From: Antedon mediterranea
Lineage: Eukaryota; Animalia; Echinodermata
Assembly (NCBI RefSeq): GCF_964355755.1
Contig: NC_092677.1
Span: 12,236,101 to 12,300,100 of the forward strand
DNA: 64,000 nucleotides
Reading direction: 5' to 3'
The translations under genes were made by a program, and so were the position numbers. The notes under the pieces were generated by a model that was not told the DNA's origin, made no database searches, and saw only the letters and a program-made list of their open reading frames with translations. Below are positions 38,903 through 50,204 of the stretch, one piece after another; within the stretch, counting starts at the first letter, position 1; each line of letters opens with the position of its first letter.

Positions 38903-39090
38903 TTGTCGTTCGTAGTCTTTCACCTTTAATGTACAGTATTAGTTATTTTAACAAATTACAGTAATTATTATTTTGCACGTAGGATCGAGTGATCCATCGT
39001 TCTGACGTGCGTTGCGTCCAAATGGGAAACTTGGAAATGTACAACGTAAGTTACTGTGATCCAAACTGTGATTTACGCTTAATTCCAAAC

Positions 39091-42000
39091 TTAGTTATGA
39101 CACACGTAAGATAATAACCTCTCATTCAAATCTAATGGTTGTGGTGTCTTTATTTCATAAGTTATTGCATCTATTATATAGTAACTATCATTTTTGAAAA
39201 CATGACCCCTTGGTGGCTGTTGACCACTCATAATGTTTATTGCAGAGATACCCGATTGTAAATCTTCGGGAAAACTCGGAAACACTTCGGCAATCGGTAA
39301 TATGAAAATTAGTGAAGTAGGTTTGCTTCTGTATTTGTACACCTGGTTTCCTGTTAGACAAAAAAAATGAATGTTTAAAGTCCCATTCCCTACGGTTTTT
39401 AGATCTAATTTAAAGTCACAAACTACATTTAATGTAAAAATAAATACTTTATGGTCCTATTCAGATAAATGTTTTCGTCTTTAAATTGTTAAAAAATGTG
39501 AAAAAACAATTTTAGCAGCCCGCTATAAATCCCAAAATGCATTGCGCGCAGAGCTCAAAAGATCAAAATACCCGATTCTGCAGTTGTCATGAGGTAAGTT
39601 ATGACTGACTATTGACAGTCATCTAGATGCGCGTCTGAGTGTATGAAGTATCTTTAGTAACTCGTGACAGCTGGCCAGAATCGGGTAATATATGGATATA
39701 GCGAATTAAAGTACAATGACGTCTGTAGAAGTACGATACACTGAGAAATTTGGAATGATAACAAACGAGTTCTGCTGTATTATAACCATCATACTTTGCT
39801 CTAGAATAGAAATATAATCCATCGTACTTACCTTTAAAGAAATAGTAAAACCCATCAGGTGTTGACATAGCTGCATCAACATTACACACACCAGGAGGAC
39901 TTTCAAGTTCCTTCCAAAATCGTGACAGGGGTGATTTCCACTCAAACTGTAGGTTTTCATACCGATAAAACGTACAATTCTACATTTAAAAAGAAATATG
40001 AATTTAAAGTTATCGAATATCGATTTTATTTCTCTGTTAACATCATTACAAGATCAATGTTTTGAGGTTGATTATCCCGTTTTGCAAATATTACTTCATT
40101 TACTTGTAAAAATGACCTGAGAACTTGTTTGAACTGATTACCTTTATAAAGTAAGTTCGGGAATCAATAGGAAATGCCGCATCTATATTGTTTGGTAATA
40201 AGGGGAAAATATCCTGGTGGCGTCTTGGTGTTTCAGTAGTGTTAAGTTTATAAACATATTCACCTAAAAATATAGATAATTTTTAAATTTATAAAATGAT
40301 TATGATAAGAATGAATATAAAATGTTTTTTTCTGTCGCAATACTAGCACTTCTTTAAACTCACAGTTTGTAAACTGCAAAAGGTTTGCCAATTAGACGGC
40401 GTTACGAGGAAATTTGTTGTCAAACTTTTGTCTGCAAACGATTTTTTTTCGTATTTGCACACTAAAGTTTGCTATTGTGGTGAATAATCTACTACTACCA
40501 CCAACCTCTAAATCCATATGTTGCTTGTAAAGTGCTAACTGCAGCGTCCATTTGCCCTAAACACTCTGGACGAACCAGTGTTTTAGACGTCGTAGTTGTT
40601 CCTGGTCGTGTCGTTGTTTCCGGTGTCGTTTCTGCTGCACGTGGTGTTGTTGTTGCCGTTGTTGTTGTTGTACGTGTCTCCGTACGTGTTGTTTCTGGCC
40701 GTGTTGTTGCTTGTCTTGTTGGTCGTGTGACCAACCTTGGTGAACGTGTTGCTGCCCTATCTTGAATATGAATAACATTTAAACGGTGACTGACATTGTT
40801 TTTGCAGAGAAAAAATGATTATTTGAAATTAATCGCGCTTATTTCAGGAGATGAGTTTTAATAGTAGGCCTAGTAAGAAATGTCGTCCATACATTCAATT
40901 TAATTTACAAAATAATCATTTCTATTTTGAAAACGTTGTTATTGTTATGATCATAACTTAAAGTATGCTAAAAATAGGAACATTTAAATACCATATTACA
41001 TAATATTATATATTAGTATTTTATAGTGACAATATTTAAAGATCTTCTACCTCCATATAGATGATAAATTCTTTCAATATCATCGGTTCCTAACTGGAAA
41101 TTTGGATCATAACCATAGTTAAATGGATACATCACCGCATTAATGTCATCTGAATGGATTAGTCCAAGAGAATGACCAAACTCATGGGCAGCAACAGTGA
41201 CTAAGTTGAATCCTGAAAAAAAAGTTACACAAATGAAAGTTTCATGCTACGTTTTCCTTACATTCCATTGGACCACATTGGACATAACATTCTTTGTAAT
41301 AGAGAGCTTTTTACCTCACTGTCAAACTTTGGGCTAACTATAATAATCTCTACATATTATCACAGAGGTTGAATGTGACATTAAATGAACAATAAAACTT
41401 ACCAAAATTAGAAGACACAGTCCAGATTTTGTCGTCGTTAAAATGTACGTCTCCGCCGTCTTGTGGAAAAGACGCGTACGCAATGATCTCACCACTTCCA
41501 CCAAAATAAATGTTGTTTTGTGATGGCTCAAAGTCAATACTAAAATCAGCACCTTGTTCTACTCGATGGAAACTTAGTAAACTCACTTCCGCCCAAATCT
41601 ATAAATATAGACATTAAAATAGACCGTTAAAACGAGTGTAGGCCTAATTGTACCATTACTTCATATTAAAAATACTAGAAAAACACATTTCTAGTCCACT
41701 GGAATTCATCGCTTTGTATCATACTATTGCAATCGAGTTTTTTCCTACCAAACATTATTACTGCTGCTGCTGCTGCTGCTTGCGTCTACGTCTGAGTTGC
41801 GCAGATCATAACATTACTAGATTGTGCCCGATCCAGTGCTGTATTCACGATACGAATATTTGTAAATGCGGAGACTGGTTGGTTATGTATGCTGTATTAC
41901 AGAGTTTTCTTACGATACTGGAGAAATCTAATCAAAATGACTCAAACCTACTCCTAATGCACTTTCAATTGCTTGTTCAATCTGGGCCCGACTCAAGTCA

Positions 42001-43450
42001 TCAGTATAAGAGTTGATACGGTAAGTGAGGTTTCTCTTTTGCCAACCGGTTGAAGTTGTTGACAATGGCAAGAAATCGGCTACTCCACACCTTGGCGCAT
42101 TCATTACAGCGATTGTTTCACTATCTACTTCACCTTTACATTAAAAAATAAAATCATATATTTATGGTCATATATCATATATATAGCATAAACTCATCAC
42201 CGAGATTAATTCATTCCTTCCTAACATAAAACCATTTATACACACAATTTGTAAAGGTAGAATTATGTATTTTTATTATAAGTGATATGATCAAGAGCGA
42301 GTCAGTTGCCGAGAGTTTAAGACAGAACCTTAATCGCTCGGTGTGACTATAAACTGAGGCCAGTGTACACACAATGCACGTGTGCAATCTAAGAAACTAG
42401 TACATTTTCGAGACGATTGGGTTGGGGGTGTTATCCCGGTGTAGTAGTTCACACATCACTGTTATGTCACACATAGCCACTACTTTAAAGATGTATTGTC
42501 CCCCCAAAAATATGAAAAATAAAGATGAATTAAATCAGACTTTGAATGTGTTATTTTGTAGTTTTAATAAAATTAATCACTTCCATAAAAAAAAAACGAA
42601 AAAAAAAAATCTTTTCACTTATAAAATGACAAAATAAATGGTTAAATTCAACCAAAAATCCATTGGCTGGCAGCCTATTTGACCATTTTTTGCTTTAAAT
42701 TACATTTTTTCAGGTAAATACATTTTTTTTTCCATCCAATTTTTGGTCAATGTGGATAACTATTATGTTACATTAAAATGGAATATTAAAAAGAAAAATT
42801 CAAGAATTTTTTTTTCAGGGGGACAATACATCTTTAAACAGGCCTTTTAGTAGGCCTCCTAGTAGGCCTCCTAGTTGCAAAATCTTCACTTGTTGAAGGC
42901 GGCAAGAAGAAGACCACTGGTCTGTGACATGATAAGTGGTTGAATCTAAATTCAAAGACCAATAAATAATTTAGCCTACCTGTTACTTGTATGTTAGCAA
43001 ATCGCTGTAATGCTTCTAATGCGCTGGTAAAGTCTGTATTGCCAGTACCATCCAGATTAAAGTATCCATACTTATCAAGATAAACCTATAATAGAAAACG
43101 TTGAATTATTTACGGTGCCGATAGTTTAACAATTTGTGGTAAATTGTTTTAAATGAAAAACATATCAAATTTTAAATTGGAATAAGCTGCATAATCTTGC
43201 AAACCACTACGATGAATAATGAGGAGGAACAAGTTATCAATTGCAATAATGTAACAACTTGTGATAATTCAAAATTACTAAACTAACTTTTAAATCAAAA
43301 CATATCATTCAGGTAATGACTTCTAAATTGTTAGATATATCTTACTATCGCATCAAAATTGTCAAATGGAATAGGTTGAGCAGCAGAATCTTGCACAGTA
43401 AGAACCAACACACAAAAGAGGCACACAAACACTCTTTCTACGAACCACAT
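39091..43450 (-). CDS. Matrix metalloproteinase paralog A (M10A, about 511 aa; SP-pro-catalytic-Thr-rich hinge-hemopexin)
   Basis: 9 in-frame exons: 43346-43450, 42980-43085, 41952-42133, 41403-41598, 41051-41212, 40506-40760, 40142-40263, 39832-39979, 39091-39350. Contains the cysteine switch [18 protein letters not shown], the Met-turn AVMYP and hemopexin repeats. Confidence 0.92.
42489..42833. mobile_element. TTAA-flanked MITE (Kolobok-like family 2)
   Basis: TTAA|AGATGTATTGTCCC...GGGACAATACATCT|TTAA. A related fragment lies at about 26850-27060. Confidence 0.8.
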
Positions 43451-43495
43451 GATCTCGCTTGTGTTTCTGATAATTTAAATGAGTCTCACCCTGTC

Positions 43496-43502
43496 TTATA
43501 TA
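43496..43502 (-). promoter_or_regulatory. TATA box of MMP-A
   Basis: TATATAA on the minus strand about 50 bp upstream of the ATG. Paralogs have equivalent motifs at 54314-54320 (TATATAG) and 59203-59209 (TATATAA). Confidence 0.55.
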
Positions 43503-44254
43503 TCATAGCAAGGCGTCACTAACAGTAACACAGAGAAATATTTAACATAACACATTATGGTCGTTATTTATAAACCATAGTGTGCACCATTATTGTGTGG
43601 TACTTCCTAATTGTTTTATTATTATGCATAGGATTCTAAACTTAAGGCCGATTGATTCTGTTTCATTCAGATTTAAACTTGTTTGATGTAGGCCTATAAT
43701 CTACTAATCTTCAGTCAGCTTAACATTGGTATAGACCTCAAGTTAGAGAATTAAGTTGATCATTATTTATTTATTTTGCGGTCGATTTAAAAGAAATAGA
43801 GTTAGCCAGGTATTGTCCAAGGATTAAAAATGGCTTAACTATGACGTATGTATTTAAAATGTCAATGGGGGTCTGGTAAGACATGTTCATTCATAATGTT
43901 TCCAAGGGCCGGATTTTTTAAACAATAAGTCGTCTTTTAAATACCCCATCCCACTTTTAAGCTTTAAACTTCTGTCAACTTATAGTGGTGGTGGATGTTG
44001 AATAATTGTTATCTAATCAAATTTGAACGTTTGAACTATGCTATGAAAGGCGCCCAGTGGTCTATGATATGATATAAAGCATTCTCGGGTTCGAATCTGT
44101 GTTGCAGTGGCGGATCCAGGGGGCGCACCCTCCGCACGCCCCCCCCCCCCTTATAAATCTGGGGGGGGGGGGAATTATCCTACCATAAGGGGAAATATTT
44201 GGGAAAAGAAGCGTAAAAAACAGTAAAACTTTCACTTTTTGTTTGTTTGTTTAT

Positions 44255-44550
44255 CTTTATACTGGGTGACCTCTTCAGTCAAAGACTGATCTCCCAGAGG
44301 GCCCAGTTGGTGATCAGTGGCTGTGATGTACTAATACACCGGGGTAACACCCTACTCGTCTCGAAAGATGTACTAGGTTCTTTAAAGTGCACACGAGCAA
44401 GTTGTGTACACTGGACCTACGGTTTATAGTCCTTATCCGAGAAGACCCGTTCTACCACCAGAACCATGGAGTGAGTGAGCCTCGAACCCCTGCCGATGTT
44501 ATGGCTACGTGATTACGGTTCCACTGTCTTAACCGCTCGGCCACTCACTC
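44255..44550 (-). mobile_element. tRNA-derived SINE
   Basis: Minus-strand TGGCCGAGCGGTTAAG A-box and GGGTTCGAGGC B-box. The body is shared with the 18288 copy. Confidence 0.72.
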
Positions 44551-44879
44551 ATTTTTTTTTATTTAAATACATTGTTTCAGCGCCGTGCTAAATTACTTTT
44601 TATTAGAGGTCACCATTGCCGTTGCTGTAAATTTCTAAGAGTTGCGGAATGAATTACCTATTTTCACCAGAAAAATAAACGCATTTTGGTCCCTGGATGT
44701 AACATGATATTAACGCGTGTATCGTACCCATACTCTCGTCTTAGAATTTCTCTATAATATTTTGATTTACCTTTCTAAATACAAATATAATTAGTACTTA
44801 TTGATAACAAAAACAAAAAAAATGGCAATGAAATGTAATAAACACGATTACAGTATCGTTAACCACGAATGAATAACAG

Positions 44880-44981
44880 GATTATTATTATTATTATTAT
44901 CATTATTAATATTATTGTTGTTATTATTATTATTATTATTAATAATATTATTATTATTATTAATATTATTATTATTATTAA

Positions 44982-45014
<33 letters not shown>

Positions 45015-45030
45015 GTTTATTATTATTTTA
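44880..45030. repeat. (ATT)n microsatellite, duplicated at 49393-49510
   Basis: Directly visible, with shared flanks at both copies. Confidence 0.95.
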
Positions 45031-46650
45031 TTACAAAACATAAAAAGAATTTTCTAAAATCTATAACAATTTATACGACAGCTATAACATTCTAACAATC
45101 TAACCATTTCAGTAAATAATCAATACAATGGACAATTGCTACACATCTTAAATATAATTTATTATAAAATGCATTGTGTATTTAGTACCGGTGTTCATTT
45201 TGATCCTCCTTAATCATCATGTTTGTATTTCTGAAATTGTCGGTTATCATTTCCTTTATTTATGTATGTTTGATTACGCGTACCTAACCTATATACGGAC
45301 CTTCAAGTGGAACAAATATCTTTAAGTCTACATTATTAATGTTCAGTAATCATTTCTTATTGATTTTAGATATTTATTTAGTACCGGTGTTCATTTTGAT
45401 CCTCTTTAATCTTCAATTTCAACAGGCTTAAAACTGTTATTTCGTGGAGTCAACATAAATAATTAATAACTGTCACTATTCCGTGCTTAAAAGGAAGGTA
45501 AACTCTTAAGCTTGACCTTGCATTAAGGATTAATTGAACTTAAATTTTGTTTACCCGTGACCAACGTTTTAAACTTGGACGGCGAAAGGCAGTTTGATTG
45601 ATTGAGTGAGTTTGATTAAATGACATGCAACATTTTAAATATTTCATCGCTTGTGATTGGTCAACTTACTTGAGTTGTACTTACGTCATTGCGTTGCGTA
45701 CTTGGTTCCTGGCATCAGTTACTGCAGTTATCTTACGAATACGAATTCATTATAACCATCATATTATTGAAGTATGTACAGTGTACAAAGAAATGATAAA
45801 ATGGGGTATCAAGAAACCAGGAACGTCTGTTCGAAAGAGACCCCAGATAACAAGTCAACTAGGCCTAACCAACCTTAATACCTGTTAGGGTGATGACGTA
45901 GGCAGGAAGCTTAGGCATAATTATCATCTATCTATAATAATAATAATTTATTTCGGAACTTCATTTTTGTAACAGTGGCACACTTCACATTTTGAAGGTG
46001 CATCCAACAAAAAATATATATAAGAAAGCACAAAATAGACAAAAAACATATGTAATCTTACTTAAACTACATACGGTGACATGTAATAAAACCCATTCAT
46101 TCCCCTCCCTCCCCTTCTCCAAAAATAACAGGTACAACATATAATTTAAATACAGTACATGATTACTCCTAATCTACAAAACCAATCACTAATCAACCCC
46201 CCCCCCCCCCACACCCACCCACCTTACGTACAACGTGACGGAAATATAAATAATACAACAACATTTTTTTCTCCATAATTACAATAGGAAAAATATAATA
46301 ACCAGTGTTAACAAACAGAAAATTAGATTAGAACCAGTATAATTGTTTATGCAACCACTTAGACCATGACTGTTAATATGCATGCTATTGTATTTACTGT
46401 TTATACAAATATAACTAGGCAAAAGTAAAAGAATTATTATGACGAAAACAATTAACAGACACTTTTAAATAATTAGTTATCTAAAAAACTAAACCTAATT
46501 TTACTATTACAAAATGACACTGCAATACAGAACCAGGCGCCTCTTAATTTATCTATTTTTTGGATTAATTAATTGAGAGCGCTTTTTCCATAATCTTTTA
46601 ACATATGCATTACAAAACCTATCAAGAATATTCATAACTTCCTTGCTGAA

Positions 46651-47429
46651 GTATGGAACGCCGTTTACGCAACATTTCGATGATATGAATTTTATGACGC
46701 GATATGTGAATGAAATGCATCGATATGAATTGAATGGCGTGATATATGAATGAAATGTTTTGAATTGAATGCTTTGAATTGAATGTTTTGAATGAAATGT
46801 TTTGAATGAAATGTTTTGAATGAAATGTTTTGAATGAAATGTTTTGAATGAAATGTTTTGAATTAAATGTTTTGAATGAAATGTTTGAATTGAATTGAAA
46901 AGTCAAACTATTGGCGGCGTATGTCATTCCCGCTCGCGATTTTTTTTCAACCTCTTAATAGGCCTAAGCATGGGTACCCTCATCTCCTTTCAACGCTGTC
47001 ATCAATATGAATCCTTTACAGAGACTCTCTAACAGACCTGAAACATTGGAATACATATTTCCGAACCCAGGTCTGTTAGGATTCTCTGTAAAGGCAGCGT
47101 GGAAGAAAGGAGATGAGGGTACCCAGGCTTAGGCCTAAGAGGTTGAGAAAATAATCGCGAGCGAGAATGACATACGCCACCAATAGTTTGACTTTTCAAT
47201 TCAATTCAAACATTTCATTCAAAACATTTCATTCAAAACATTTCATTCAAAACATTTCATTCAAAACATTTCATTCAAAACATTTCATTCAAAATATTCA
47301 ATTCAAAGCATTCAATTCAAAACATTTCATTCATATATCGCACCATTTAATTCATATCGATGCATTTCATTCACGTATCGCGTCATAAGATTCATATCAT
47401 CAAAATGTTGCGTAAACGGCGTTCCATAC
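46651..47429. mobile_element. Foldback MITE of about 780 bp
   Basis: Inverted arms of about 370-390 bp with a 14-bp internal tandem repeat (TTTTGAATGAAATG), a spacer of about 27 bp, and a flanking TGAA direct repeat. Confidence 0.88.
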
Positions 47430-49393
47430 TGAAGAGATATATTGAATGTATTGTAAACATGCTCGTCGCTATCAAATGTGGAATACCCGAGTTGGTATCT
47501 TCACAAGTTCGGCACTACGCACTCATACATAATAAACACACATTTCTAACAAAAGAGGCACACAAACACTCTTTCTACAAACCACACGATCTCGCTTGTG
47601 TTTCTGATATTTTAAATGAGTCTCACCCTGTCTTATATATCATATTTATCAGATTTAAACTTGTTTGATGTAGGCCTATAATCTACTAATCTTCAGTCAG
47701 CTTAACATTGGTATAGACCTCAAGTTAGAGAATTAAGTTGATCATTATTTATTTATTTAGCGGTCGATTTAAAAGAAATAGAGTTAGCCAGGTATTGTCT
47801 AAGGATTAAAAATGGCTTAACTATGACGTATGTATTTAAAATGTCAATGGGGGTCTGGTAAGACATGTTCATTTATAATGTTTCCAAGGCCCGGATTTTT
47901 TAAACAATAAGTCGTCTTTTAAATAACCCATCCTACTTTTAAGCACCTTCCGCACGCCCCCTATAGGCCTAAATCTGGGGGGAAAAATTATCCTACCATA
48001 AGGAAAAAAAAATCGGGAAAAGAAGCGTAAAAAAGAGTAAAACTTTCACTTTTTATTTAAATACATTGTTTCAGCGCCGTGCTAAATTACTTTTTATTAG
48101 AGGTCACCATTGCCGTTGCTGTAAATTTCTAAAAGTTGCGAAATGAATTGCCTATTTTCACCAGAAAAATAAACGCATTTTGGTCCCTGGATGTAACATG
48201 ATATTGATGCGTGTATCATACCCATACTCGGGCTCGAACGATTCGTACAAAGGACACCGCCATACAACCGCGTAGGTCTACTATTGTTTCGATCGCTGGC
48301 AGTCAGCAAGCATAAATAAAAGTGTATATACGTCAAAAATTGAACGCCGTGGTTACCTACAGATCATCATCATAGAGGATTTGTTAATAATAATATCGTA
48401 GGCCTACTGTGGTAACTGTGTAGGCCCTACTGTAGTGTACATTATAGCAACCGATTTTTTTTCTAGGCCACCCACCCAACTGTATCAATACCTATTTATA
48501 TATTTAATTTCTTCAACAAATTGATGTAAATAAATATTGAGCCATAATAAGCATTAAATTTGCTTCCCCTAGATGGACGTTCGCATTGAACTTGAACGCA
48601 ATCAAAACTAAATACTGAGTGAATGAAATCGGCAACAAAATGTTATTTCGTCCTGTAATTAGTCACGTGTGTTTATTGGAGGGCAAAGTATGATCGTTTT
48701 GCTCATTGATAGCATGCTGCATTATTATGAGAGTGTCTTTTCCTGCAAATTAGAGGTGCCATTTATCATGAATTTTATGTGCGAGAGTAGGCCTACCATT
48801 TCTTCCGACCATCGGGGGCGTCATTTAACAAAGTTCTCTTCACCACCAAAGGTCCTGTCGACGGCCTTGGAAAAGCACCTTTTCCGCCATGTACGTGCAA
48901 ACGCTGACTTGCGCGAAACGCCCTGTTGTGACGCTTTACTCAAAATAGGCCTATAGGGAAAATGTCACTCTTTAATAGGCTAGTACCTCAGTTTTCAGAT
49001 TTAAAAAAATCAATTTTTAATACATTTATTTAACGTGAGAGTGCCTTTTCCGACCATGTAGAGGTTTTACATTTTCAAAATCGCCTCAACTCAGCCCCAA
49101 CCATCGTGGGGCTGAGTTGGTGTGGACTCTCTACAGTTGCGCCCCCCTTTCACAAAATCCTGGATCCGCCCCTGTGTTGGGTCAGCTTTTTCCCATTCTC
49201 AGATCAGATATTAACTCTACTTTACTGTTTGTAAATCAATTTATCAATGGCCGTCTTAGAATTTCTCTATAATATTTTGATTTACCTTTCTAAATACAAA
49301 TATAATTAGTACTTATTGATAACAAAAAAAACAAATCGCAATGAAATGTAATAAACACGATGACAGTATCGTTAACCACGAATGAATAACAGG

Positions 49394-49432
<39 letters not shown>

Positions 49433-50204
49433 ATTAGTATTATTATTATTATTATTATCATTATTATTAGTGTTAGTGTTATTGTTATTATTATTATGTT
49501 TATTATTATTTTATTACAAAACATAAAAAGAATTTTCTAAAATCTATAACAATTTATACGACAGCTATAACATTCTAACAATCTAACCATTTCAGTAAAT
49601 AATCAATACAATGGACAATTGCTACACATCTTAAATATAATTTATTATAAAATGCATTGTGCACAGTACTAATGATTAGTTACTGTATAACGGCAATCCA
49701 CAAGTTTATGAATGGCTTTAGAATGCAATCTCCTTATTTATTCACGAATGGCAACCTTAAACTAATGTTAATTAAAATCAAAAAGTAAAAGCTATAAAAA
49801 ACAAAACATACTTAGACTCAAATATATAAATAAAGAACTTAAACACATAAACTAATTTAGTCTTATTTTAAGAATCTATTGAAAATGTTTATATTACATG
49901 AGGCATACATTCTGAAGGTATAACCGCATTCCATTCATTGTCTCCTAAGTAGGAAATACTTAGGCCTATTAGTTCTGTATTAAAATAAATATTGTTTACA
50001 GTTTACAAACGATAATCAATTTGAAAGATAAGGCGGTAATATTATTAAGTTAAAATACCAATATGGGCTAACACGATATGTACGGTATCATGTCTAGCGA
50101 GATATCGTCTGCACCATACCATAATATGTGATAAAAAAGTCTCCTAACACGATACCGTACAATAATTGACAGCTTAAAAAATATTCAAATCTTTACTGTA
50201 CACT

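Larger units (their letters stand above)
44105..49174. mobile_element. Compound hAT5-like TIR unit containing host MMP upstream fragments
   Basis: CAGTGGCGGATCCAGG...CCTGGATCCGCCCCTG with the 5-bp TSD TGTTG on both sides. Confidence 0.7.

Noticed and set aside
40532-40765. Val-rich plus-strand ORFs (also 51720-52013)
   Set aside because: They are antisense shadows of the Thr-rich MMP hinge exons.
44859-45057. Poly-Ile ORFs on both strands
   Set aside because: These are translations of an (ATT)n microsatellite.
46622-47388. Two similar ORFs (MTYAANSLTF / MTYATNSLTF) with repeats
   Set aside because: They are mirror translations of the foldback arms and their 14-bp tandem repeats.
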